A stretch of DNA of 63,051 nucleotides, filler included, from Chiloscyllium plagiosum (GCF_004010195.1; 4 parts of one record of this genome joined end to end with filler, not necessarily neighbours in it), one strand, 5' to 3'. Positions 36,806 to 52,139 are shown, counted from the whole stretch's first letter. Numbers and translations: made by a program. The notes: generated by a model from the letters alone, not told the origin.

Positions 36806-39800
36806 CTCCGCTCTCACCCTCTGATCCCATGTCACTATTTTCAAGAGGACAGCTTCTCCACTGTGTCAACCGGAACAACTTGTTGAAATTACTCAGCAGA
36901 CTCTGAATCACTTTGCAATGGGCTTAGACTGACAGTCAGGATATCTAAATGCAAGTCTGTCCTTCCTTATATAAACCTTCATAGCAAATCAGTGAGAGTA
37001 CAGCTTTCAGCCTTGGACTCCACACTATAGGAGGAATATTAACATCCAGGTAACAATGCAGGTTCAATAGAATCTTTGGTTTATTTGTTCCTGTAATGTA
37101 AACATCGCTGGCTGGGTCAGCATTTAGAGCCCGTCCCTAGTTGCCCCCTTGAGAAGGTGGGGGTGAGCTGCCTTCTTGACCGGTGCAGTCCACCTGCTGT
37201 GGGTTGACCCACAATGCCCTGAGGGAGGGAATTCCAGGATTTTGACCCAGTGACAGTGAAGGATGGATATATTTCCAAGTCAGGATGGTGAGTGTCTTGG
37301 AGGGGAACATGCAGGCGGTGGTATTCCCGTGTATCTGCTGCCCTTGTCCTTCTGATGGAAGTGGTCTGGGAGGTGCTGTCTGAGGATCTTTGGTGAATTT
37401 CTCCAGTGCATCTTGTAGATAGTACACCCTGCTGTTACTGAGTGTCGGTGGGGGAGGGGGTGGATGTTGAAAGGGTTGAATGTGGTGCTAACCGTGTTTT
37501 GCTCAGGTCGGTGTAAACCTTGTTCAGGTCCTGGAGTGCAGAGCTTGTATATTGTTTCTAATCAACCATTCAGAGATGTTATTGTATACCTCTGGAATAG
37601 CTAGGACTTGAACCTGGGCTTCTGGTCCAGTGGTAGGGACATTACAACCACACCACAAAGAGGACCCTTCAATCTCCCTTTGACCTATTTTCTACAGAAC
37701 CTGTTCAGAGATGTTATTACACACCCCTGGGGCACAGAGTGTGAATATTCCTCTTGGAGGAGATGGGCTGCTGATGCTTTTCATCAGGATAGAATCACCA
37801 TAGAATGCCTGGACATATCCAAGGTTCTGACAGGGAACTGCACCCTCTGGACGTATATCCCTTTCAGTATGAATGAACCACTGTTCATGCCTCACTGAGA
37901 ACCTTGGATTGGTTGGAGGGCCAAAGGGCCTGTTCCTGAGCTGCATTGCTCTTTTGTCCTTACATTTCACTTTAACACAACTAACAGCCCAAGTGCAGTT
38001 GCTCAGCAAATGCTGTCAAATCCCATCATAGAGTCATAGAGACGTACAGCACGGAAATAGACCCTTCAGTCCAACCCGTCCATGCCGACCAGATATCCCA
38101 ACCCAATCTAGTCCCACCTGCCAGCACCCGGCCCATAACCCTCCAAACCCTTCCTATTCATATACCCATTCAAATGCCTCTTAAATGTTGCAATTGTACC
38201 AGTCTCCACCCACATCCTCTGGCAACTCATTTCATGGGTCTGGGTGGGTTGCTCTTCAGAGGGTCGGTGTGGACTTGTTGGGCCGAAGGGCCTGTTTCCG
38301 CATTGTAAGTAATCTAATCTAAATGTTGCAATTGTACCAGCCTCCACCACTTCCTCTGGCAGCTCATTCCATACACGTACCACCCTCTGTGTGAAAAGGT
38401 TGCCCCTTAGGTCTCTTTTATATCTTTCCCTTCTCACCCTAAACCTATGCCCTCTAGTTCTGGACTCCCCGACCCCAGGGTAAAGACTTTGTCTATTTAA
38501 CCTATTCATACCCCTCATGATTTTATAAACCTCTATAAGTTCATCCCTCAGCCTCTGACGCTTCAGGGAAAACAGCCCCAGCCTGTTCAGCCTCTCAGAT
38601 CCTCCAACCCTGGCAACACCCTTGTAAATCTTTTCTGAACCCTTTCAAGTTCCACAACCTTTTTCTGATAGGAAGGAGACCGGAATTGAATATTCCAACG
38701 TCATCACACTTAAGCTTTGACATTATGTTACAAGCCGGGACTGATGATCAATTGGCTGGGCCATCTCAGGACCTGGCCAATGGTAAGCTCCCCTGGGTCT
38801 TAACAGTGATGATGCCTGATCAGATGCTCACGGTTAAGTCTTGAGCAAATAGGGTTGCCTTCCTTGTGATCCTGATTTTGGAAGTGAAAAAGCAAGAGGT
38901 GTCAAAGGAGGCAAACTTTTATCTTTCGAGTGATGACATGGATCAGAGCAAGAAGCTTATATCTGTCTTCAAAAAAATCAGGAGGGATGAATTCTTCATT
39001 TGTTGAGTTTTGAGGGAGTGGAATTAACCTCCCTCTCAGTGTTTCTGGCAGAAATAACACTCCGTTCGTAATTACTCCATCAGGCCATAAGATATTGGAG
39101 CAGAAATTAGGCCATCAGCCCATTGAGTCTGCTCTGCCATTCAGTCATGGCTGATAGGTTTTCCATCCCCATTTTCCTGCATTCTCCCTGTAACCTTTGA
39201 TTCCCTTGGCAAATATCTATCTCAGTCTTAAATATACTCAATGACCTGGCCTCCCAGCCTTCTGTGGTAATGAATTCCACAGATACACTGCTCTCTGGCT
39301 GAAGAAGATTCTCCTTATCTCCATTCTAAAGCGCCTTCCCTTTACTCTAAGGCTATTCCCTCAGGTCCTAGTCTCTCCTGCCAATAGCAACATCTTCCCA
39401 ACGTCCACCCCGTCCAGGCCATTCCGTATTTTAAAAGTTTCAATCAGATCCCCCACTCATCCTTCTGAACCCCATCGAGTATAGTCCTCGAACGTTCCTC
39501 ATGCATTAAGCTGTTCACTTGACTGGAAGGTAAATGAAGCAGATATTAGGCAAACAGGCCCTTCAAATACCACTGCAGTCCAGGGAGCCCTGAGGTATTA
39601 CAGTCAACTTCCGGGAGATTCCCCTGTGAACAGCGCAGCTCGCTGGAGTTTCCTGCCAGTACTAAAACACTCCCAGGCAACTCCTGCAAATATTGACAGC
39701 ATGCGTGGCATCCTGTCTGAAAACTGACACAGTGTGCAGCCAATATCGGGGAACCCTCAGGGAGCTCATTAGCTAGGAACCTGTGTAAACACTGACATCT

Positions 39801-41135
39801 TCCCCAGGATCTCTGGAAGTATTACAGCATTAAGCATGAGAGTGTCTATCGTCAAGTACCATTCAGGGTAGAAGGCAGACTGATAGTCTAAGGCAGTGCT
39901 GAGATAGCACACGCGGATGGGCGAAATGGCATCCGTCATGATTCTGTGGTTCTCTTCGTGTCTCATGGGTACCCTGGCCTGCATGAACAACGCCAAGCGT
40001 GCTGCCGAATTGAAGACTCCTGCTCCGGATGATCTCAGAGGACAGAGCAGTGGCTGTGTGGTTAATGTCACTAGACTAGTCATCCTCTCGACCAGGCTAA
40101 GGGAGATGGGTTTAAACACTTACCAATACATTTGAATTAAATCAATTAAATTTAGAATTAAAAGCTTGTCTCAATAATAATAACTATCATCGCTTCAGGT
40201 CAAAACACATCCTGTTCAACAATGCCCTTACTGCACTGCAGGGGGGTCAGTGACCAGTGGTATCATCACGTGACCAGTTGACCCAGGTAATATTCTGGGG
40301 CCCTGGGTTCGAATCCTGCCCTGGTGGAGTTTCGATCCAAAGATCTGGAATGCAGAGTCTAATGATGAGCAGGAAACTGTTGATTGTCAGGGAAATCCCA
40401 CCTGGTTCACCTTCAGGGAAGGAAATTGCCATCCTTACCTGGTCTGGCCTACACTTGACTCCAGACCCACTGCAATATGGGTGACTCTAGGCAACTTGGG
40501 ATGGGCAATAAGTGCTGGCCTAACCAGAGATGCCCTCATCCACTGAATGAATGAAAGAAGGGAAATGAGCAGGGAGTAGGCCATTCAGCCCATCGAGTCT
40601 GCTCAGCCATTCAGTGAGATCATGGTTGATCTGATAACCCACTCTCCAGCCTCTTCCCCACAACCCTCGATTCTCTTCCTGATTAAAATTGTATCTGTCT
40701 CAGCCTTGAGTGAACTTAACGACCCAGCCTCGGGCAGCCCTCTGCGGTAAAGAATTCCACAGATTCACTCCCCTCTGAGAAGAGACTCCTCCTCACCCCG
40801 ATCTTAAATGTGTGACCCCCTCATTCTGAGACTGTACCCTCTGGGCCTAGACTCTCCCACAAGGGGAGACAACCACCCTGTCACGTCCCCTAAGGAGATT
40901 GGATGTTTCAATAAAGTTGTCTTCTGCTTCTAAACTCCAATGACTACAGGCCCAACCTAGTCAATCTCTCCTCATAAGACCATACCAGGAACCAGTCGGG
41001 TGAACCTTCTCTGGACTGCTTCCATTGCCCATTTATCTTTCATCCTTACTTTGCTCTGGTCTACGTGTGACTCCAGACCCCTAGAGATGGTGTTCACTCT
41101 TCACTGACCTTTGGAAAGCCTGAGCTAGCCACTGA

Positions 41136-41444
41136 TTAGATTAGAATCCCTACAGTGTGGAAACAGGCCCTTTGGCCCAACAAGTCAACACCGGCTCTCT
41201 GAAAAGTACCCCACCCTGACCCACTTCCCTCTGACTAATGCACTGAATGCTATGGGGCAATTTAGCGTGGCCAATTCACCTGACCTGCACATCTTTGGAC
41301 TGTGGGAGGAAACCGGAGTAAGCCCACGCAGACACAGGGAGAATGTGCAAACTCCACACAGACAGTTGCCCGAGGCTGGAATCGAACCTGGGACCCTGGC
41401 GCTGTGAGGCAGCAGTGCTAACCACTGAGCCACCGTGCCGCCCC
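41136..41444 (-). mobile_element. HE1-type V-SINE
   Basis: Full head-to-tail HE1 sequence within the 3' part of an older SINE. Confidence 0.85.
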
Positions 41445-44400
41445 CTCAGGCGCTGAGTTCAGGGGCAATTAGGGATGGGCAACAAGTGCTGGCTGCACCA
41501 ATGAGGCCCCGATCCCATGAAAGAATTAAAGGAAAAGAGACATCTTCGGGTGAGGACTGTATCAGAACGGTAGCAATAGGTTCCTGCATAAATGCTTCCT
41601 GACATTCCAGTCTAATCCTGAATATTGGTGTTATTTCTCTCAGAAGCAATGAGAGGGGAACTAACTCCATCTCCTCAAAAACTCCTCATGGAATGAAGAA
41701 TTATTTCCCTGTAGGCTTTTCTTCATCAGATGCCAATTTGTGCTGCATCCGACCCCTTGCTCTGAAACCTAAGGTCACTGAAATACAAAAGTGCTTTGAT
41801 TTGATCAGTCGATGTTGTTTCACCCAAAGCCCTCTGAAACAGCACCCGAGAAAACAAAGCCCTTATTTTAGTAAATAGGTGTTGTATCAGAGGAGGAAGA
41901 TAGTTACAGCATAGGCCCAAGCATTCAGAGGGCTAGGCTCTCGATCAAGTGACCTCAACACAGGAATTGGGAATCTTGTGGCTTCTTAGCAGGATGTGGT
42001 CATAGACGCCTAAACAGACCCTTTGGACATGTGATGACCAGTGACACCATCTGTAATGTTCAATGACAAAGTCATAGACATGTATAGCATGGAAACAGAC
42101 CCTTTGGTCCAACTCATCTTAACCCAATCTAGTCCCATTTGCCAGCGCCCGGCCCATATTCCTCCAAACCCTTCCTATTCATATCCCCATCCAAATGCCT
42201 TTTAAATGTTGTATTGTACCAGCCTCCACCACATCCTCTGGCAGCTCATTCCATACACGTACCACCCTCTGTGTGATCTTTTATATCTTTCCCCTCTCAC
42301 TCCAAAACTGTGCCCTCTAGATCTGGACTCCAAGACCCCAAGGAAAAGACTTTGTGTATTTATCCTATCCATGGCCCTCGTAATTTTGTAAAACTATGCC
42401 CCTCATGATTTTATAAACCTCTATAAGGTCACCCCTCAGCCTCTGACGTGCCAGGGAAAACAGCCCTAGCCTATTAAACCTATACCTGTAGCTCAAATCC
42501 TCCAACCCTGGCAGCATCCTTGTAAATCTTTTATGAACCCTTTCAAGTTTCGCAACATATTTCCTGTAGCAGGGAGACCAGATTTCAACACAGTATTCCA
42601 AAAGTGGTCTCTCCCATGTCCTGTACAGCTGCAACATGACATCTCAACTCCTATAAAGGGATCTAAGGGGGTGACGTTTTCACACAGAGGGGAGTGCGTG
42701 CATGGAATGAGCTGCCAGAGGAAGTGGCGGAGACTGGTACAATTACAACATTTAAAAGGCATCTGGATGGGTACATCAATAGGAAGGGTTTAGGGGGATA
42801 TGGGCCAAGTGCTGGCAAATGGGACTAGATTAAGTTCGGATATCTGGTTGGCGCGAATGAGTTGGACCAAAGGGTCTATTTCCATGCTATACATCTCTCT
42901 GACTCTCCCTAATAAATCAGTGCAGAAAAAAGGCCATTTGGCCCATTGGGTCTGCACCAACCCTCCAAAGAGCACCCCATCCAGACGCTCCTGCTCCTCG
43001 GATGCTGCCTGACCTGTTGTGCCTTTCCAGCACCACACTCTCCACCCCATTCTCTTGTAACCCTGAATTTCCCATGGCTAACCCATCCAGCCTGCACATC
43101 CCCAAACACTATGGGCAAATTCCCTTGGCCAGTCGATTCCAACCTGCATATAGAATATAGAACAGAGAAAAGTACAGCACAGAACAGGCCCTTCGACCTA
43201 CGATGTTGTGCAGAGGATTTATCCTAATGTAAAATAAAATAATCTTACCTACGCACCCCTCAGTTCACTGCTCTCCATGTGCATGTCCAGCAGTCGCTTA
43301 AATGTCTCTAATGACTCTACTTCCACCACCACCACTGGCAACACATTATATGCATTCACAACTCTCTGCGTAAAGAACCTACCTCTGACGTCAACTCTAT
43401 ATCTTTCTCCTAATATCTTAAAACAAAGACCCCTCGTACCAGTAATATCTTAAAACAAAAACCCCTCGTACCAGTCAATCCTGCCCTGGGGAAAAGTCTN
43501 NNNNNNNNNNNNNNNNNNNNNNNNNNNNNNNNNNNNNNNNNNNNNNNNNNNNNNNNNNNNNNNNNNNNNNNNNNNNNNNNNNNNNNNNNNNNNNNNNNNN
43601 NNNNNNNNNNNNNNNNNNNNNNNNNNNNNNNNNNNNNNNNNNNNNNNNNNNNNNNNNNNNNNNNNNNNNNNNNNNNNNNNNNNNNNNNNNNNNNNNNNNN
43701 NNNNNNNNNNNNNNNNNNNNNNNNNNNNNNNNNNNNNNNNNNNNNNNNNNNNNNNNNNNNNNNNNNNNNNNNNNNNNNNNNNNNNNNNNNNNNNNNNNNN
43801 NNNNNNNNNNNNNNNNNNNNNNNNNNNNNNNNNNNNNNNNNNNNNNNNNNNNNNNNNNNNNNNNNNNNNNNNNNNNNNNNNNNNNNNNNNNNNNNNNNNN
43901 NNNNNNNNNNNNNNNNNNNNNNNNNNNNNNNNNNNNNNNNNNNNNNNNNNNNNNNNNNNNNNNNNNNNNNNNNNNNNNNNNNNNNNNNNNNNNNNNNNNA
44001 TCTGATCTTAGAGTAGGATAACAGTTCAGCACAACACTGAGGGCCGAAGGGCCTGTACTATTCTATGTTCTAAACCATAGGCTTTCCAATCAGCGGTAAG
44101 AAGATGAAAATGGAGAAAGCAGTTGACCGGACTGGATGGGTGGACATTTGGAGGCAGTTAGCTACCTGACAAGAGGAAAGAGAAAGTTTCCCTCGCCTTA
44201 TTAAGGTTGCTATGGTGACCCATCTCAAGAAGTATCTTCAGCTTGGCCTAGGCCTCTCTGATTAGCAGAGGCAGAGGTTGAGGGGTCACCTTATAGAGGT
44301 TTATAAAATCATATGAGCGGCAGGAATAGGCTAAACAGACTTTCCCTGGGGTGGGGGAGCCCAGAACTAGACGGCATACGTTTAGGGCAAGAGGGGAAAG

Positions 44401-46179
44401 GTTTAAAAGGGACCTAAGGGGCAACTTTTTCACGCAGAGTGCGGTGCGTGAATGGAATGAGTTGTCAGAGAAAGTGGTGAAGGCTGGTACAATTGCAACA
44501 TTTAAAAGGCACCTGGATGCCTTCCTATGAATAGGAAGGGTTTAGAGGGATATGGGCCAAGTGCTGGCAAGATTCATTTAGGATTTCTGGTCAGCATGGA
44601 CAAGTTGGACTGAAGGGTCTGTTTCCATGCTGTACATCTCTATGGCTTTATAACTCCATGAGTCATACCAGACTTGAAGAGGTAACTCTGTTTTAAGACA
44701 ATAAGACCACTTCCTCTGGCAGCTCGTTCCATACACAAACCACCCTCTGTGTGAAAATGTTGCTCCTTAGGTCCATTTTAAACCTTTCCCCTTTCACCCT
44801 AAACCTATGCCCTCTAGTTCTGGACTCCCCCACTCCAGGGAAAAGACCTTGTCTATTTACCCTATCCATGCCCCTCATAATTTTATAAACCTCAGCCTCC
44901 GACGCTCCAGTGAAAACAGCCCCAGCCTATTCAGCCTCTCCCTATAGCTCAACCCTGTCAACTTGCTTGTAAATCTTATCTGAACCTTTTCAAGTTTCAC
45001 AAAATCTTTCCTAAGCAGGGAGACCAGTATTCCAAAATCACAGTATTCCAATAGTGGCCTAACCGATGTCCTGTACAGCCGCAACATGACCTCCCGACTC
45101 CTATGCTCTTCTTCAGAATGTGGAGGTGCCACTGTTGGACTGGGGTGGGCAAAGTCAGAAGTCACAGCGCTCTGAAAGCCTGCAATTTCAAATAAACCTG
45201 TTGGATTATAACCTGATGTCGTGTGACTTCTGACCTTCTTCAGAACAGCGAGCAGAGCTGCTGAGTTTCTCCAGCACTTGCAGCCTGTGTCTCAGATCTC
45301 CGGCAGCTGCTGCGTTTTGTTTCAGCTGCAAACAGTCTACTGTGGCCTCAGAGAGTTGCCATGGAGACGGACTGAGCTAGGAACATTCCACCTGATTCAG
45401 AGCAGAAGATTAAAATGATCAACACCGACGTGGAGGATGAATTACTCCAAGAACTCCTGAGCCCTGGAACTAGCCATGGAACACACACGTGGCAAGGTCA
45501 ATTCAGTGAGGGCTGCGTTATCTGGTGATTCATTATGAGGGTGTCAGAGCGAAAAGTTTTTGTCAGCTGGACGTGTGTTTTATCATCAAAATAAATTGGA
45601 TAGAATCCACAAGAAAGCCAAGTGGAAGTGCTTTGGAACAAAGGCTTTTATTCTCAACCTTCTGAACTGGGCTCTGAGCTCAGTAAGGCTGTCTTGCTCT
45701 GCTCAGCCACTGAATTGATCTGTGTGCTGAAGATCTGCAGATGTTTTACTAGTTGGCCTTCCAACACTAAAGGCTCCTCGCGCCAATATTCAGTGACTTC
45801 TGTACGTGCATAGTGAGCTGCATTAGGTCAAATGGAAGTTAGGTCATGGGTGGAGTTAGTAAGATCAAGGAAGGGTGCAGGAGGTCACAGTAAACAAGAT
45901 CACTGCGAGAGAAAGTGAATGCAACGTCAGCATGAGTATTACAGGACTGTCGAAGCAGCCTGAAAATGGGACTAATTCTTTCTTACACAGAAGTGGTGTC
46001 CAGTACCATTCTTTAAACTTATTTGATTTAGTGTACAGTTCAATATGGAGATACATTTTGGTAGGAAGCATACGGAGAGACATCACAAACTCAGAATCTG
46101 GGAGCAGGAGTAGGCCATCCAGCCCTTCAAGCCTGCCCCACCATACAATATGATCATGGCTGCTCCACTACCTCCATAA

Positions 46180-48230
46180 GACCATAAGAGCAGCAATTGG
46201 GCCATTCGGCCCGTCTTGTCTGCTCTACCATTCACTCATGGCTGATAGGTTATTCAATCCCATTTTCCCAGTTACTCCTTCTAATATTTGACCCCCTTGG
46301 CAATCAAGAACTTATCTATCTGTGAATAACTATACTCAATGACCTGGCCTCCACAACCTTCTGTGGCAAAGAATTCCACAGATTCTCCACTCTCTGCCTG
46401 ACGAAGTTTCTCCTTATCTCCATTCTAAAGCGTCATCCCTTTACTCTAAGGCTGTGCCCTGGGGTCCTCATCGCTCCTGCCAATAGCAACATCTTCCCAA
46501 CGTCCAGTCTGCCCAGGCCATTCAGTGTTCTGTAAGTTTCAATCAAATCCCTCCCTCCCCCATCCTTCTAAACTCCATTGAGTATAGACTTAGAGTCCTC
46601 AAACATTCCTCTTATGTTAAATCTTTCATTCCTGGGATCATTCACGTGAACCTCCTCTGGAGCCACTCCAGGGCCAGTACATCCTTCCTGAGATATGGGG
46701 CCCAAAGTTGCTCACAATACTCTAAATGTGGTCTGACCAGAGCTTTATAAAGCCTCAGAAGCACATCCCTTCTTTTATATTCTAGTCCTCTCCAGATGAA
46801 TGACAATATTGTATTTGCCTTTCTAACTACTGACTCAACCTGCACGTTTACCATGAGAGAATCCTGGACTAGGACTCTCAAGTCCCTTTGCATTTTAGAC
46901 TTCTGAATTTTCTCCCCACTTAGAAAATAGTCCATCTCTCTATTCCTCCTGCCAAAGTGCATGACCTTGCACTTTCCCACGTTATATTTCATCTACCAAA
47001 TCTTTGCCCACTCTCCTAACCTGTCCAAATCCTTCTGCAGCCTCCCCACCTCCTCAAAACTACCTGCCCCTCTACTTTTCTTTGTATTTTCTGCAAACTC
47101 AGTCAGAATGCCCTTATCTTACTCAGCCGCCTCCTGTGTGGCACCTTATCAAAGGCCTTCTTGATATCCAGATTGACAATATCCATTGGCTCTCCTTTGT
47201 CTAACCTGCTTGTCACTTCCTCAAAGATTTGTCAGGCATGACCTCCCCTTGATGAAACCATGCTGACTTTGCCCTATTTTACACTTCCAAGTATTCAGAA
47301 ATCTCAGCCTTCACAATGGACTCCAAAATTTTACCAATGACTAAGGTTAGGCTTATCGGCCTGAAATTTTCCATCTTTTGCCTTGCTTCTTTCTTAATCA
47401 GAGGTGTCACATTAGCGATTTTCCAGTCCTCTGGAACCCTCCCTGACTGCAGTGATTCCTGAAAGATCACCTCTAGTGCCTCCACTATCTCTTCAGCTAT
47501 CTCCTTCAGAACTCTGGAGTGTAGTCTATTTGTTGAGAGTGTGGTGCTGGAAAAGCACAGCAGGTCGGGCAGCATCCGAGGAGCAGGAAAATCAATGTTT
47601 CGGGCAAAATCCCTTCATCAGGAATGAAACTTTTGTCCAAAACATCAATTTTCCTGCTCCTCAGATACTGCCTGACCTGCTGTGCTTTTCCAGCACCACA
47701 CACTTGACTCTAATCTTCAGCATCTGTAGTCCTCACTTTTGCCATAGTCTATCTGGTCCAGGTGATTTATCTACTTTCATACCATTCAGGTTTTCTAGCA
47801 CCTCCTTTGTGATGGCTACCATAGTCAGCTCTGGCCCCAACGCTCTTGCATTTTTGGGATATTACTCATGCCTTCTACTGTGAAGAATGACATAAAGTAC
47901 TTATTCACTTCCTCTGCAATTTCTTTGTTCCCTACTGTTATCACTCCAGCATAATTTTCCAATGGCCTAATGTCCTCTTTTGCCTCTGTTTTGCCCTTTA
48001 GATATCTAAAGAAACTCTTACAGTCTTCCTTTATATTACTGGCTAGCTCGCCCTCATGTTTAATCTTCTCCCTCCTTATATTATTTTTATTGCCCTCTTT
48101 TGGTCTTTGTAAGCTTCCCAATCCTCTGGTCTCCCACTGCCCTTCACCATATGAAATGTTTTCTTTTTTTGCTTTTATGTTATCCCTAACATCCCTAGTC
48201 AGTTGTGTTGCCTCATCCTCCCTGAATCAT
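46180..48230 (-). mobile_element. CR1-type LINE ORF2 relic, about 2 kb, with frameshifts and deletions
   Basis: VPEDWKIANVTPL.KK....NFRPISLT, YNVGKCKVMHFG and LYKALVRPHLEYC motifs. Confidence 0.9.
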
Positions 48231-48259
48231 GCTTCTTTTGACTTGGGATTGAATTGAAT

Positions 48260-51040
48260 TGATTTGAATTTATTGTCCCGTGTACCGAGGCACAGTGAAA
48301 AGCTTTGTTTTGTGAGCAATACAGGCAGATCACAGAGTTAAGTAGCATAGATAGTAAATAATAGGTAAACAGCGGCAAAAACAAAAAACACAGGTACAGG
48401 CGAATGTTAAGAGTTTGTGAGTCCATTCAGTATTCTAACAACAGTAGGGTAGAAACTGTTTTGAAACTGGCTGGTGCGTGTGTTCAGGCTTCTGTACCTT
48501 CTCCCTGATGGTAGAGGTTTTAGAAAAACGTTGCCAGGGTGGGATGGATCTTTGAGGACGCTGACGGCCTTTCCTTGACAGTGGGCCTGGTAGATGGATT
48601 CCATAGATGGGAGGTTGGCCTTTGTGATTATCCGGGCCGAGTTCACCACTCTCTGTAACCATCTCTGATCTTGAATGGTATAGTTGCTATATCAGGTGGT
48701 GATACATCCAGAATGCTCTTGGTGGCGCATCTATAAAAGTTGGCAAGGGTATTCGCCGTCATGCCAAATTTCCTCAGCTGCCTGAGGAAAAAGAAACGTT
48801 GGGCCTTTGTAACCAGTGCGTCCACATGAAGAGTCCAAGAAAGATTGTTGTGGATGACCACTCCCAGAAGCTTGACACTCTCCACTCATTCCACCTCTGT
48901 GCTGTTAATGTATAGGGGGGCCCAAAGTCAATAATGAGTTCCTTGGTTTTGCCACCATTGCGAGCTAGGTTGTTCTCAGTGCACCGTGTTTCCAGGTCTT
49001 CCACTTCCCGCCTGTAGTCTGTTTCATTACCATCTGAGATTTGACCGACCATGGTGGTGTCATCAGCGAACTTGTAAATGGCATTAGTCTGGTATTTGGC
49101 AACACAGTCATGGGTATACAGTGAGCGCAGTAGGGGGCTGAGTACGCACCCCTGGGAGGCTCCTGTGTTGAGTGCTAGTGAGGATGAAATATTGCCCCCA
49201 ATCTTCACCGATTGTGGCCTGTGGGTCAGGAAACTGAGGATCCAGTTGCAGAGTGTGGGGCTTAGTCCAAGATCACTAAGTTTAATAATCAGCCTCAAGG
49301 CTGAAGGCTGAACTGTAGTCAATGAGTAAGATTCTTATGTAGCTGTTTTTTTAGATTCCCTACAGTGTGGAAGCAGGCCCTTCGGTCCAACCAGTCCACA
49401 CCGACCCTCCGAAGAGTAACCCACCCAGACCCACTTCCCTCTGACTAATGCGCCTAACACTACGGGCAATTTAGCATGGCCAATTCATCTGGCCTGCACA
49501 TCTTTGGACCGTGGGAGGAAATTGGAGCACCCGGAGGAAACCTACGCAGACACTCCACACAGACAAGTCACAGTCACCCAAGGCTGGAATTGAACCTGGG
49601 ACCCTGGTGCTGTGAGGCAGCAGTGCTAACCACTGAACCACCGTGCTAACCACTGAACCACTGTGCTGTTCTTGGTGTCAAAATGTTCTAGGGAGGAGTG
49701 AAGGGCAAATGATATGGCTTCTGATGTTGATCTGTTGGTTCAATAAGCAAATTGGAGTGGGTCAAGAGTAATGGGGAGGCTGCAGTTGATTAATGCCATG
49801 ACCAGTCTTTCAAAGCATTTCAATGACTACTGAAGTTAGGGCCACTGGGCAGTAATCATTGAGACATGCTGTGTGACACAGGGATGACGTTGGCCCTCTT
49901 GAAACAGGCAGGGACAGTAGCCTGCTGCAAGGAGAGGTTGAAGATGTCTGAGAAGACCTCTGCCAGTTGATCTGTACATGCTCTGAGTGCACGGCCTGGT
50001 ACTCTGTCTGATCCCATCGCTTTCCTTGGATTCACACGAAGGAAAACTGATCTGACCTCTGATGCAGTGACTGTTGGGATATGTCTGGGTCTCTAGTTCG
50101 GATCGGTATTGGTCCTTGGCTGTCTTAATGGCTCTGTGAAGGTCATACTTGGATTCCTTATATTTGAGTGGGTCTCCTGATCTGAAGGCCTCACACCTAG
50201 TGTTTGGCAGGTTCTGTATGTCCTGATTCATCCAGGGTTTCCTATTGGGGAACACCTGGACTGACTTCCTCGGTATGCAGTCCTCCGCACATTTGCTGAT
50301 ATAAAGTCTGTGACGGTGATGGCGTGCTCGTCCAAGGTACCTGCGAACTGTTTGAACATGGCCCCAATTAGCCGATTCCAGACAGCACCGGAGTTGATCC
50401 TCTGCCTCCTCCGACTTGCACTGGACCTGTATCCGCGAGGGGGTCTCCTGTTTGAGCTTTTGCCTGTAAACTGGGAGAAGAAGCACGGCATTGTGGTCAG
50501 AGTTCCCAAAATGAGGGCGGGAGATGGAGTCGTAGGCATGTTTCACAGTGGTGTAGCAGTGGTCTAAAATGTTCAGGCCCCTAGTGGGGCATTACCTTCC
50601 CTCAATTGGCTTGATTGATGTTGCTAGTCACAGTAAACAGGGCCTCGGAGTATTCCGTCTCCAAGGTGTTAGTGGTGGAGTACAGCACATCCAGAGCTTC
50701 CTCAACCTTTGCTTGTGGCGGTATGCACACAGCAGCTAGTATAGCAGCGGTAAATTCCCATAGTAGATAGAAGGGGCGGCATTTGATGGTGAGGAATTCG
50801 AGGTTTGGGGAGCAATGGCTGCCCAGGGTTGCAATGTCTATGTACCACAAGTTGTTGATTAAAAAGCAAACCCCTCCACCCTTCGCCTTATCCGAGGACA
50901 CTGTGCGGTCCATGAAATGGACAGAAACATCATCAGCCTGAATGCGCTGCCAGGAATGGATGGGTTGAGCCAGGTTTCGGTGAAGCAGAGTGCGCAGCAG
51001 CCCCACAGCCCACGCTGGAAGCTAAGCTCTGCTGTGTCTC
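48260..51040 (-). mobile_element. Rex1/Babar-like LINE, near full length and decayed
   Basis: Endonuclease remnants (KGGGVC, CRPFYL, GNSDH) and RT motifs G..QGCVLSPLL..LYTHDC and KFADDTT.VG.IS, with many frameshifts. Confidence 0.85.
49352..49667 (-). mobile_element. HE1-type V-SINE inserted in a Rex1/Babar LINE
   Basis: HE1 sequence with a short duplication in its head. The LINE RT sequence continues on both sides. Confidence 0.85.
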
Positions 51041-52139
51041 TTGATAGGGTAGGGGGATTTGTCTGGGTGGGATGCTCTTTGGAGAGTCAGTATTAGGCCG
51101 AATGGCCTGTTTCCATACTGAGATTCCATGGACGGACCCAGATTCCTGTGATAGGAAATTCCACAGGGTCACTGCCTCCTAAGTGAAGGAATTTTTCCTC
51201 ATCCCAGTCCTAAATGTGGAGATGGTGGGATGGACACCAGGTTATAGTCCAAAAGGTTTATTTGAAATCACAAACTTTCAGAGCTATCCCTAACCCTGTA
51301 ACCCCGCATTTCCCATGGCTAACCCACCTAGCTTGCACCATCCCTGAACACTATGGGGCAGTTTAGCATGGCCAATCCACCCTAACCTGCACATCTTCAG
51401 ATTGTGGGAGGAAACCAGAGCACCCGGAGGAAACTCTCGTGGACACGGGGAGAATGTGCAAACTCCACACAGACAGCCACCCGAGGCTGGAATCGAGCCC
51501 AGGTCCCTGCCGCTGTTAGGCAGCAGTGCTAACCACTGTGCCGCCCCTTTAGGGAAGGAAACTGCCATCCCTACCTGGTCTGGCCTACATGTGACTGCAG
51601 ACCCACAGCAATGTGGTTGACTCTGAGCTGTTCTCTGGACAACTGGGGGAGTGGAATAAAGGCTGGTCTCACCAGCAGCGCTCACATTCTGTGAATAAAG
51701 CAAGGAAACCAAAACCTTCCAGAGATAACGGGAAATAAAGTAATTGGTACAAGAAAGGGATTAAATAGTTCTTAAAAATCAACATGTCACCCAGATCATC
51801 ATCAAGATGCAGCAGATCAGTAATACTGAGCATTACTGAGTACATTCATTACTGATGAAGGGCTTTGGCCTGAAACGTCAATTCTCTTGCTCCTCTGATG
51901 CTGCCTGACCTGCTGTGCTTTTCCAGCACCACTCTAATCTTGACTCTAATCTCCAGCATCTCCAGTACCCACTTTCGCCTAGAACAGTAATACTGTTCAT
52001 CAGGATACTGGGAAAAAGTATCCCGCTTGCATTTAGACTTCTGTAACATTAGAAAATTCCCCAGTAGCATTATCAAACCAAAACAGACTCGGAGTCAAAG
52101 AGGAAGAATATTGGAATAAGTGACCATCAGGCTGGGTCA

